DNA of 64,000 nt from Hydrogenophaga sp. GTDB lineage: Bacteria > Pseudomonadota > Gammaproteobacteria > Burkholderiales > Burkholderiaceae_C. Position 1 is the stretch's first letter. Each line of letters begins with the position of its first letter. The notes under the pieces were generated by a model that was not told where the DNA came from, searched no databases, and saw only the letters and a list, made by a program, of their open reading frames with translations. The DNA lies in the NCBI RefSeq assembly GCF_041913525.1, contig NZ_JAYSFD010000002.1, positions 5,186 through 69,185 of the forward strand. The letters are read 5' to 3'. This document shows positions 43,809 through 51,558 of the stretch, piece by piece. Made by a program: the position numbers and the translations under genes.

Positions 43809-45203
43809 ATGGCTGGGCATTCCCCGCCACCGGGCGCGGCCGTTCACGACGGGCTGAAAGGCCGCCGGCGCTGGTTCAGCACCCTGGCCATCGTGCTGGG
43901 CGTGGTGATGACGGTGCTGGCCAATGCCACCACCTACGTGGCCTTGCCCTCCATGGCCCGGTCGCTGGGCGTGGACGCCGGCGTCACCGTCTGGGTCGTC
44001 AACCTCTACCTGCTGGCCACCGTGGTGGCCTTGCTGCCGCTGGCGGCCTGGGGCGACACGCGCGGGCATCGCCGCGTGTTCATGGCCGGCCTGGCGCTGT
44101 TTGCCGCCGCCACCGTGCTGGCCGCCTTGTCGGCCCGCACGCCCTGGCCGCTGCCCACGCTGCTGCTGGCCCGCGCCTTGATGGGCCTGGGCGCCGCCGG
44201 GGTGATGGCCACCTGCATGGCCTTGCTGCGCGCCACCCACCCCAGCCACCGCCTGGGCCGGTTCATCGGCCTCAATGGCATGGCAGTGGCGGCGGCCAAT
44301 GCCGCCGGCCCCAGCGTGGCCGGGGCGGTACTGGCCTGGTCGAACTGGGAAACGCTGCTGGCGCTGCTGCTGGTGCCCGCCGCCGCCACGGCCGCGCTGG
44401 GCTGGCGTTCGCTGCCGCGCAACCCGGTGCTGCGCGAGGCGGCCGTCGATCCGCTGGGTGCCGTGCTTCAGGGCGCGGCCTTTGCTTCTTTGGTGCTGGT
44501 GCTCACGCCGCTGGCCGGTGCCTGGCGCTGGCCCCTGTGCGCGCTGGGCCTGGCCCTGGGGGCGGCGTTCGTGCTGCGCGAGCGCCAGCGGGGCTTTGCG
44601 CTGCTGCCGCTGGATTTGCTCAAGCGGCCCTTGTTCGCGGCCTCTTTCACCGCTGCCTACGCCTGCTTCGTGGCCCAGGTGCTGGCCATGGTGTGCCTGC
44701 CCTTTTTGCTGCAAGGCCGCCTGGGCCTGGGGCCGGGCGCCACTGGCCTGGCCATCACGCCCTGGCCCCTGGCGGTGATGGTCACCGCCCCGCTGGCGGG
44801 GGCCTTGTCCGACCGGGTGTCCACCGCCTGGCTGGGCAGCACCGGCCTCTTGCTGGCCGCGGCGGGGCTGGTGTCGCTGGCCTGGTTGCCCGGCACCGCC
44901 ACCGCGCTGGACGTGGCCTGGCGCATGGCCCTCACCGGCGCCGGCTTTGCCTTGTTCAGCGGCTCGAACGTGCGCGCCCTGATGGCGGCCACGCCGGTGG
45001 AGCGCAGCGGCGCGGTGGGCGGCATGCACGCCATCTCGCGCCAGAGCGGCCAACTGGTGGGCGCCGCACTCGGTGGCCTGGTGCTCAGCCCGGCCGGTTG
45101 GGCCGGTGCCGCCGACCGCGGTTTGCTGCTGGCGGCGCTGATGTCGGGGCTGGCGGCCGTGGCCTGCGGCTTCAAGTCGCGCGACAGCCGGGGCCGTTCA
45201 TGA
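43809..45203 (+). CDS. MFS transporter (DHA-type, about 14 TM)
   Basis: Start at ATG 43809 (MAGHSPPPG). Hydrophobic throughout, with WGDTRGHRRVF loop 2-3 motif. Confidence 0.8.
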   Translation: MAGHSPPPGAAVHDGLKGRRRWFSTLAIVLGVVMTVLANATTYVALPSMARSLGVDAGVTVWVVNLYLLATVVALLPLAAWGDTRGHRRVFMAGLALFAAATVLAALSARTPWPLPTLLLARALMGLGAAGVMATCMALLRATHPSHRLGRFIGLNGMAVAAANAAGPSVAGAVLAWSNWETLLALLLVPAAATAALGWRSLPRNPVLREAAVDPLGAVLQGAAFASLVLVLTPLAGAWRWPLCALGLALGAAFVLRERQRGFALLPLDLLKRPLFAASFTAAYACFVAQVLAMVCLPFLLQGRLGLGPGATGLAITPWPLAVMVTAPLAGALSDRVSTAWLGSTGLLLAAAGLVSLAWLPGTATALDVAWRMALTGAGFALFSGSNVRALMAATPVERSGAVGGMHAISRQSGQLVGAALGGLVLSPAGWAGAADRGLLLAALMSGLAAVACGFKSRDSRGRS

Positions 45204-45222
45204 TGGTCCCGATTGGTTCAGA

Positions 45223-45233
45223 TTGCCTAGCAA
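45223..45233. promoter_or_regulatory. TTGCCTAGCAA quasi-palindrome, site b
   Basis: 129 nt upstream of small-protein copy 1, in an AT-rich patch. Confidence 0.6.
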
Positions 45234-45350
45234 AAGAAAACTCAAAATACTTAGTGTAATCACCAATACAAGAATGAAGTCTCGGTCCTAAGATCGCCGC
45301 CATCCCCCTGCCGGAGTGGTCCATTCCGGCCCAGACAGACCCACATGAGA

Positions 45351-45766
45351 GGAGACCTGCCATGTTTTCGATTCGCCAACTGGTGCAAGCCGCTGCGGTG
45401 GCCGCGCTGACCCTGGGCACGGTGGCCGTGCACGCCCACCACTCGCCCGCCGCGTGGGAGATCACCAAGCGCAACAGCGTCACGGGCGTGGTGAAGGACG
45501 CGTCGTTCCGCAACCCGCACGGGCAGATCACGCTGGCGGTGACCAACGAGCAAGGGCAGACGGAAGAGTGGCGCGTGGAGACCAGCGCGGCCAACCTGCT
45601 GCGCCGCCGTGGCTGGGACTTCTCCAAGGTCACGCCGGGTTTGAAGATCCGCGTGGTGGGGCACCTGAACAAGGAGCAGCCGCGCGAGATTTACATCCGC
45701 GAGATCCACTTTGAAGACGGCACGGTCTTTGGCGACAAGGGCGGCAATGACGCCGCGCTCGACTGA
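45351..45766 (+). repeat. Dispersed duplicate, copy 1 (RBS + whole small-protein gene)
   Basis: Five mismatches over 416 bp versus 50483-50898, including a 378-bp perfectly identical run (45370-45747). Confidence 0.95.
45362..45766 (+). CDS. Small secreted protein, predicted mature N-terminus HHS... (I recall this as DUF6152-like), copy 1
   Basis: 134 aa. Signal MFSIRQLVQAAAVAALTLGTVAVHA|HHSPAAWE. RBS GGAGA. Confidence 0.8.
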   Translation: MFSIRQLVQAAAVAALTLGTVAVHAHHSPAAWEITKRNSVTGVVKDASFRNPHGQITLAVTNEQGQTEEWRVETSAANLLRRRGWDFSKVTPGLKIRVVGHLNKEQPREIYIREIHFEDGTVFGDKGGNDAALD

Positions 45767-45818
45767 TCCGCTCTGCTTCGACGCTTTCTTTTTCGATTCA
45801 CAACAGGAGACACCCCCC

Positions 45819-46583
45819 ATGATTTCTCGCCTGCCTTTCAAGCGCGCCCTGGCCGTGCTGGCCTCCACCGTGGTCCTGGCGGCCTGCAGCTCGGTGCCGC
45901 AGTCGCCCTCGTCGTCTGAAGCCCTGGGTGGCAAGCCCAACTTCAACGGTGTGTGGGAAATGCTCGACATGGCCAAGGTGGTTCGCCCCGAGCAAGGCAC
46001 GCCGCCGTACACGCCCGAGGCCGCCAAGGTGGCCGCCGAGTTCAAGTCGTGGGACCCCAAGAAAGACGATCCCTCGCTGTACTGCGACCTCAAGGGCATG
46101 CCCTGGATGATGCTGTCGCGCGCCCGCACCTACCCGGCCGAGATCTACCAGACCGCCGAGCGCGTTGACGTGTTCTTCGAGCTGTTCGACACCTCGCGCA
46201 GCATCCGCGTGAACGGCAAGCCCGCGCCCAAGAACATCTCGCCCAGCATCAACGGCTACTCCACCGCCACCTGGGACAACGACACCCTGGTCATCAAGAC
46301 CACCGCCCTGGCCGAGCGCCTGTACCCGAGCCCGCAACTGCGCTCGGAAAAGGCCGAACTCACCGAGCGCTGGAAGATGGTGAAAGACCCGAAAGAGGGT
46401 GACCTGATCGAGATCGACTTCGAGATCGTGGACCCGGTGGTCTACACCCGCCCGGTCAAGGGCAAGCAGGTGTTCAAGCGCGCCGCACCCGACGTGGTGG
46501 TGGCCAGCTACAACTGCCCCGAGAAGCTGTGGCTCAAGCACGTGGACGACCGCCGCGCCCAGGGCAAAGCCGCCGCCAAGTAA
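45819..46583 (+). CDS. Lipoprotein of unknown function (paralog of 35435-36214)
   Basis: Start at ATG 45819 after AGGAGA. Lipobox VVLAAC. Shares motifs with the paralog. Confidence 0.8.
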   Translation: MISRLPFKRALAVLASTVVLAACSSVPQSPSSSEALGGKPNFNGVWEMLDMAKVVRPEQGTPPYTPEAAKVAAEFKSWDPKKDDPSLYCDLKGMPWMMLSRARTYPAEIYQTAERVDVFFELFDTSRSIRVNGKPAPKNISPSINGYSTATWDNDTLVIKTTALAERLYPSPQLRSEKAELTERWKMVKDPKEGDLIEIDFEIVDPVVYTRPVKGKQVFKRAAPDVVVASYNCPEKLWLKHVDDRRAQGKAAAK

Positions 46584-46600
46584 ACCCGCCTGTGTTGACC

Positions 46601-46634
46601 AGCCGCGCCTCACCCGGGGCGTGGCTTTCTGTTT
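46601..46634 (+). terminator. Hairpin + T-rich tail
   Basis: agccgcgcc-tcacccgg-ggcgtggct then ttctgttt. Confidence 0.55.
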
Positions 46635-46646
46635 GAGAGCATCCCC

Positions 46647-47480
46647 ATGAGCCAAGCCCCTGTTTCCCCCGTCAACGTGTCCCGCCGCCGTGGCCTGGTG
46701 GGTGCCGCCCTGGCCGCCGTGGCCGCCCCGCTGGTGAGCACGCCGGCCCAGGCCCAGCCCGCCGCTGGCGCCAAAAAAACCTTTGTGCTGCTGCCCCCCG
46801 CCTGGGCCGGCAGCTGGATCTACACCAAGACCGCCGACTGGCTGCGCGCGCAAGGCCATGTGGTCTACACCCCCACGCTCACCGGCCTGGCCGAGCGCGC
46901 CCACCTGCTGCGCCCCGACGTGAACATGGACACCCACGTGCAAGACGTGGTGAACCTCATCAAGTGGGAAGAGCTGAGCAACGTGGTGCTGGTGGGTCAC
47001 TCCTTCACCGGTGGCGTGGTCAGCGGCGTGGCCGAGAAGGTGCTGGACAAGCTGGCCTCGGTGATCTTCGTGAACGCCTACGTGCACGAAAACGGCGCCT
47101 CCATCCAGGACTACCTGAGCCAGCGCTCGCACGCCGACATCGACGCCCGCCTGGCCAAGGGCGAGCTGGGCCTGCCCAACCCGCCAGCGGCTTTCTATGC
47201 CCTGCCGCAGAAAGAGTGGGCGCGCATCGACGAGCTGCACACCCCGCACCCGCTGGGCGCCATCGTGCAGAAGCTCAAGCTCACCGGCGCGGTGGAGCGC
47301 GTGCCCAAGAAGACCTACATCATGCTGGCGCAGTTCGCGCGTGGCCGCGACTACGAGCTCAAGCACTTCAACCGCGTCAAGGGCCAGCCGGGCTGGAACA
47401 CCGTCTCGGTGGAGAAGGGGCACCTGCCCATGGTGGACGACCCGGTGGGCTTCGCCCAGTTGCTGCTGCAAGCCGCCTGA
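46647..47480 (+). CDS. Tat-exported alpha/beta-hydrolase (esterase, SABP2/methylesterase-like)
   Basis: Twin-arginine signal SRRRGLVGAALAAV...AQA. Nucleophile elbow GHSFTG. C-terminal His region GHLPMVD. Confidence 0.82.
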   Translation: MSQAPVSPVNVSRRRGLVGAALAAVAAPLVSTPAQAQPAAGAKKTFVLLPPAWAGSWIYTKTADWLRAQGHVVYTPTLTGLAERAHLLRPDVNMDTHVQDVVNLIKWEELSNVVLVGHSFTGGVVSGVAEKVLDKLASVIFVNAYVHENGASIQDYLSQRSHADIDARLAKGELGLPNPPAAFYALPQKEWARIDELHTPHPLGAIVQKLKLTGAVERVPKKTYIMLAQFARGRDYELKHFNRVKGQPGWNTVSVEKGHLPMVDDPVGFAQLLLQAA

Positions 47481-47494
47481 CCGGGAGCGACGCG

Positions 47495-47824
47495 ATGAAC
47501 CTCTTCCGACTCGCCACCTTCGCTGCCCTCTTCGGCGCCGCCGCGGCCGCCCAGGCCCAGACCGAGGCCGACGCCCTGTTCGCCAACAAGATCTGCTTCG
47601 CCTGCCACAGCGTCACCAAGGCCGACTTCAAGCGCATCGGCCCCTACGTGGTGGACATCAAGGCCAAGTACCAGGGCCAGGCCGACGCCCGCGCTTACCT
47701 CAAGGACAAGATCCTGCGCGGCAGCGCCGGGGTGTGGGGCCCGGCCGAGAGCTCGGTGATGCCCGCCAACAAAGTGACCGACGCCGAGGCCGACCTGCTG
47801 GCCGGCTGGATCCTCACCCAATAA
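47495..47824 (+). CDS. Class I monoheme cytochrome c (c551/c552-like)
   Basis: Start at ATG 47495. Signal peptide, CFACH heme motif, and a distal Met in SVMPAN. Confidence 0.88.
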   Translation: MNLFRLATFAALFGAAAAAQAQTEADALFANKICFACHSVTKADFKRIGPYVVDIKAKYQGQADARAYLKDKILRGSAGVWGPAESSVMPANKVTDAEADLLAGWILTQ

Positions 47825-47833
47825 GCCCAGGCC

Positions 47834-49399
47834 ATGACACTCCCCCCAAAGCTCAGTGCGCGCGATTTCACGCGTGCGGTGGCCGAGTTGCGCTCCATCG
47901 TGGGCGCCGACTGGGTGTTCACCGAAGAAGACGACCGCCAGGCCTGGCGCGACCCCATGTTCCCGGGCGACGCGCGCCGCGTGGACCTGTCGGCCGCGGT
48001 GGCCCCCGCCACCGTGCAAGAGGTGCAGGCCGTGGTGAAGGTGGCCAACCGCTACCGCCTGCCGCTGTGGCCGGTGTCCACGGGCAAGAACTACGCCTAC
48101 GGCGGCGCCTCGCCCGCGCTGAAGGGCACCATCGTGCTCGACCTCAAGCGCATGAACCGCATTCTTGAGGTCAATGAGCAATACGGCTACGCCATCGTCG
48201 AGCCCGGCGTCACCTACTTTGACCTGTACCGCCACATCAAGGCCAAGGGCCTGAAGCTGTGGATCGACTGCCCCTCGCCAGGCTGGGCCAGCGTGCTGGG
48301 CAACGCCATGGAGCGCGGCCTGGGCAACACGCCCTACAGCGACCACGCCGCGCAACAGTGCGGCATGGAAGTGGTGCTGCCCACCGGCGACCTGGTGCGC
48401 ACCGGCATGGGCGCCATCGAGAACAGCCCGCTGTGGGGCCTGCAGAAAAACCCCTTCGGCCCCACCTTCGACGGCATGTTCATGCAGTCCAACCTGGGCA
48501 TCGTCACCAAGATGGGCATCTGGCTCATGCCCGAGCCCGAGGTGTTCGCGCAGTGCAACATCCGCCTGCAGCGCGAAGACGCCCTGGGCCCCATGATCGA
48601 CGCCCTGCGCCCGCTGCGCCTGAACGGCACCATCCAGAACCCGGCCAGCGTGCGAAGCTGGATCGGCATGCTGCTGGGCCAGGCCGCCAAGAAAGAGGTG
48701 CACGACGGCCCCGGCGCCATTCCGCGCGAACTGGTGCCGCAGATCCTGCAGCAGCGCAACCTGTCGTGGTGGAGCACTGGCTTCTCGCTCTACGGTTACG
48801 AAGAGGTGGTGGAGGCCAACCTCAAGGTGGTGCGCAAGGCCCTGGGCAGCGTGCCCGGCGCCGAGGCGCTATCGGTGCGCAAGTCGGCCGGCGACAAAGT
48901 GCCCGACAGCGCCGGCACGCAGGCCGGCGTGCCCAGCCTGGGCGCGTTCTCCACGCTCAACTGGCCAGGCGGGCGCGGCTCGCACCTCGATTTCTCGCCG
49001 GTGTACGAGCCCAGCGGGGCCGTGGCCATGGCCGAGTACCAGTTCATGCGCGAGCTGTTCGAGCGCCACGGCTTTGACTTCCCCGCCACCTACTCGATTA
49101 CCTCGCCGCGCTACATGGCCTGCGTCACGCCCATCATGTTCGACGCCGACAACCGCCAGCAGGCCGAGGCCGCCGGGCGCCTGTTCCTGGAGGCCCACCA
49201 GCACCTGGGCACCAAGGGCTATGGCCTGTACCGCGCCCACGTGGCCTTCATGGACCAGGTGCAGCAGGCGCAAGGCTTCAACCAGCACGCGCTGCGCCGC
49301 CTGAGCGAGCGCATCAAGGATGCGCTGGACCCGCAAGGCATCCTGGCACCCGGCAAACAAGGCATCTGGCCCAAGGCCATGAAAGGGGGCCGTGCATGA
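47834..49399 (+). CDS. PCMH/VAO-family FAD flavoprotein subunit (p-cresol methylhydroxylase PchF / 4-alkylphenol hydroxylase-like)
   Basis: 521 aa with an FAD_binding_4 N-terminal domain (LWPVSTGKNYAYGG) and a VAO-type cap and C-terminus. Confidence 0.88.
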   Translation: MTLPPKLSARDFTRAVAELRSIVGADWVFTEEDDRQAWRDPMFPGDARRVDLSAAVAPATVQEVQAVVKVANRYRLPLWPVSTGKNYAYGGASPALKGTIVLDLKRMNRILEVNEQYGYAIVEPGVTYFDLYRHIKAKGLKLWIDCPSPGWASVLGNAMERGLGNTPYSDHAAQQCGMEVVLPTGDLVRTGMGAIENSPLWGLQKNPFGPTFDGMFMQSNLGIVTKMGIWLMPEPEVFAQCNIRLQREDALGPMIDALRPLRLNGTIQNPASVRSWIGMLLGQAAKKEVHDGPGAIPRELVPQILQQRNLSWWSTGFSLYGYEEVVEANLKVVRKALGSVPGAEALSVRKSAGDKVPDSAGTQAGVPSLGAFSTLNWPGGRGSHLDFSPVYEPSGAVAMAEYQFMRELFERHGFDFPATYSITSPRYMACVTPIMFDADNRQQAEAAGRLFLEAHQHLGTKGYGLYRAHVAFMDQVQQAQGFNQHALRRLSERIKDALDPQGILAPGKQGIWPKAMKGGRA

Positions 49400-49839
49400 A
49401 CGCCCGCTTGCTGAACCGCGCGGCCACCCTGGTCGTCCTTTCGCTGGGCCTGCTCGCCACCAGCGCCCAGGCCGATGGCCCGGCCCCGGCGGCAGCCGCC
49501 GCCCCGGCCGCGCCAGTGGCCGCCCCGGTGCCTGAGAACCTCACGCCCGCCCAGGCCGAAGGCCGCCAGTTGTATGGCGTGCACTGCATCTACTGCCACG
49601 GCGCCGGCCCCGGCCGTGCCGGCACCACCGCGCTGGCCCGCCGCGTGGGCAAAGACCGCGCCGTGCTGGAAGCGCGCGACGACCTGGACCGCGCCTACGT
49701 GCAGTACGTGGTGCGCCATGGCCTGAACGCCATGCTGCCGCTGCGCCGCACCGAACTCACCGACGCCGAACTGGGCCGCATCGTTGACTGGCTGCAGCGC
49801 CCTCGCGCGGCGCAGACGGCCTCGGGGGCCAAACCATGA
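49396..49839 (+). CDS. Cytochrome c subunit (PchC-like) of the flavocytochrome
   Basis: ATGA overlap with the flavoprotein gene. Signal peptide, Ala/Pro linker, and CIYCH heme motif. Confidence 0.85.
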   Translation: MNARLLNRAATLVVLSLGLLATSAQADGPAPAAAAAPAAPVAAPVPENLTPAQAEGRQLYGVHCIYCHGAGPGRAGTTALARRVGKDRAVLEARDDLDRAYVQYVVRHGLNAMLPLRRTELTDAELGRIVDWLQRPRAAQTASGAKP

Positions 49840-50264
49840 GCGACCGCCGCCAGTTCCTCGGCCTGGCCGCCGCCAGCGCCGCCACCGGCGGCTGGCTGGC
49901 CGGCCCGGCGCACGCCAGCGCCTCGGCCTTGCCCCAAACCCCGGCCTCGCCTGAGCCCGTGCACTGGTGGGTGGACGCCCGGCGCCCGGTGGCGCTTCAG
50001 GCGGTGCAGCGTCTGGCCCGCTTGGGCGAGCCGGTGCACGCCTTGCCCGCCCGCCTGGCGCCCGATTGGGCCGCCGCACGGCTGGCCCAGGCGCAGGCCG
50101 AGGGCGCGGCGGTGGCCGGCGTGGCTTCCATGGCCGACGCCTTTGTGCTGCGCCAGCTCGCCCTGGACGCCGGCTGGCGCATCGCCGCCTTGCAGGTGGC
50201 GCCCGCCAGTGCGAACAGCCCGGCCCTGGTGTCGTGGCGCTTTCAGTCGCCGCCCCAGGCATGA
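49836..50264 (+). CDS. Tat-signal protein of unknown function
   Basis: ATGA overlap. MSDRRQFLGLAAASAATGGWLAGPAHA twin-arginine signal. 142 aa. Confidence 0.65.
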   Translation: MSDRRQFLGLAAASAATGGWLAGPAHASASALPQTPASPEPVHWWVDARRPVALQAVQRLARLGEPVHALPARLAPDWAAARLAQAQAEGAAVAGVASMADAFVLRQLALDAGWRIAALQVAPASANSPALVSWRFQSPPQA

Positions 50265-50346
50265 CCGCCTGAACCCACCGCCGCCGCGGCGCACGCCGGC
50301 CAAGGCCGCTCCGTTCGCTGTGGCCATTTTTTCGCCCCTGCTTAAA

Positions 50347-50357
50347 TTGCCTAGCAA
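50347..50357. promoter_or_regulatory. TTGCCTAGCAA quasi-palindrome, site c
   Basis: 137 nt upstream of small-protein copy 2. TATCTT lies 16 nt after TTGCCT. Confidence 0.6.
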
Positions 50358-50482
50358 CTATAGCTAATTATCTTGGTATAAATACCGATGCCCCATGGGG
50401 TTATGCGGCCCTACCATTGGTTCATGGCTGATGCCTCTTGGCGAAGCCACCTGCCTGCTTTCCCGTTTTCGATTCCACACAA

Positions 50483-50898
50483 GGAGACCTGTCATGTTTT
50501 TGATTCGCCAACTGGTGCAAGCCGCTGCGGTGGCCGCGCTGACCCTGGGCACGGTGGCCGTGCACGCCCACCACTCGCCCGCCGCGTGGGAGATCACCAA
50601 GCGCAACAGCGTCACGGGCGTGGTGAAGGACGCGTCGTTCCGCAACCCGCACGGGCAGATCACGCTGGCGGTGACCAACGAGCAAGGGCAGACGGAAGAG
50701 TGGCGCGTGGAGACCAGCGCGGCCAACCTGCTGCGCCGCCGTGGCTGGGACTTCTCCAAGGTCACGCCGGGTTTGAAGATCCGCGTGGTGGGGCACCTGA
50801 ACAAGGAGCAGCCGCGCGAGATTTACATCCGCGAGATCCACTTTGAAGACGGCACGGTCTTTGGCGACAAGGGCGGCAACGACGCCGCGCTGGATTGA
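50483..50898 (+). repeat. Dispersed duplicate, copy 2
   Basis: See 45351-45766. Confidence 0.95.
50494..50898 (+). CDS. Small secreted HHS-N-terminus protein, copy 2
   Basis: Start at ATG 50494 (MFLIRQLV). 134 aa, differing from copy 1 only at residue 3 (S/L). Confidence 0.8.
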   Translation: MFLIRQLVQAAAVAALTLGTVAVHAHHSPAAWEITKRNSVTGVVKDASFRNPHGQITLAVTNEQGQTEEWRVETSAANLLRRRGWDFSKVTPGLKIRVVGHLNKEQPREIYIREIHFEDGTVFGDKGGNDAALD

Positions 50899-51395
50899 TG
50901 GGCGAACGGCACTTTTTCCTGGCGCCGCTGCTGGGCGCCCTGGCGCTGTCGGGCACCGCGTCGATGGCGGCCGAAGACCTGGACAAGGGCGTGGAACCCG
51001 TGGGCCCGGCCAACTACCGCCCCGCTGAAACCCGCCTGCGCAGCGACACCGTGAAGCTGGTGCTCAAGCCCGAGGAACAGGTGGAGGTGAAGACCCTGCT
51101 GGCCGAAGGCCAGGTCATCACCTACCAGTGGACCAGCAAGGGCGCCAAAGAGGGCGAGCTGTACGTGGACTTCCACGGCCACACCCTGCCGCCGCCGGGC
51201 CAGAAAGAGCGCGTGGTGCGCTACGCCGAAGGCGAGCACACCGCCGGGCGCGGCGCCATCGTGGCGCCCCTCACGGGTGAGCACGGCTGGTTCTGGCTGA
51301 ACATGGGCACCAAGCCCGTGACGATCGAGTTGCGCGTCAGCGGCTTCCACACCAAGGTCGAACAACACCGCATCCAGACGCCAGGCAAGTCCTGA
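50898..51395 (+). CDS. Secreted beta-rich protein of unknown function
   Basis: The ATG overlaps the upstream stop (TGATG). Signal LAPLLGALALSGTASMA. 165 aa. Contains DFHGH and GEHGWFWLN motifs. Confidence 0.7.
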   Translation: MGERHFFLAPLLGALALSGTASMAAEDLDKGVEPVGPANYRPAETRLRSDTVKLVLKPEEQVEVKTLLAEGQVITYQWTSKGAKEGELYVDFHGHTLPPPGQKERVVRYAEGEHTAGRGAIVAPLTGEHGWFWLNMGTKPVTIELRVSGFHTKVEQHRIQTPGKS

Positions 51396-51558
51396 CCGCG
51401 CCCTTTCGATTCGATTGCTCCAAGGTGGCTCGCCGGTTGCCCTGCGCAACCGGGCATTGCTGCTCACCCGGGTGGCCCAGACCGGGTGTTCGTTTCGCCA
51501 CATGGGCCCATCGGCCCGTGTGGCGTCTTTTTTGTCACAACCCACAAGAGGTGAGACC

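Noticed and set aside
45340-45365. B12-box-like string GAGAGGAGACCTGCC at the RBS of the duplicated small gene (also CAAGGAGACCTGTC at 50480-50495). This could suggest a cobalamin riboswitch, which would fit the nearby HupE/UreJ Co/Ni permease.
   Set aside because: The upstream 130-140 nt leaders lack the other conserved cobalamin-riboswitch elements (GGGAA, GGTGNAANNCC, GCCACTG). The two leaders are unrelated to each other. The match is most simply an SD sequence plus chance.
45204-50898. The duplication considered as a transposon or composite mobile element.
   Set aside because: The window contains no transposase, integrase, terminal inverted repeats or target-site duplications. The repeat is limited exactly to RBS plus CDS.
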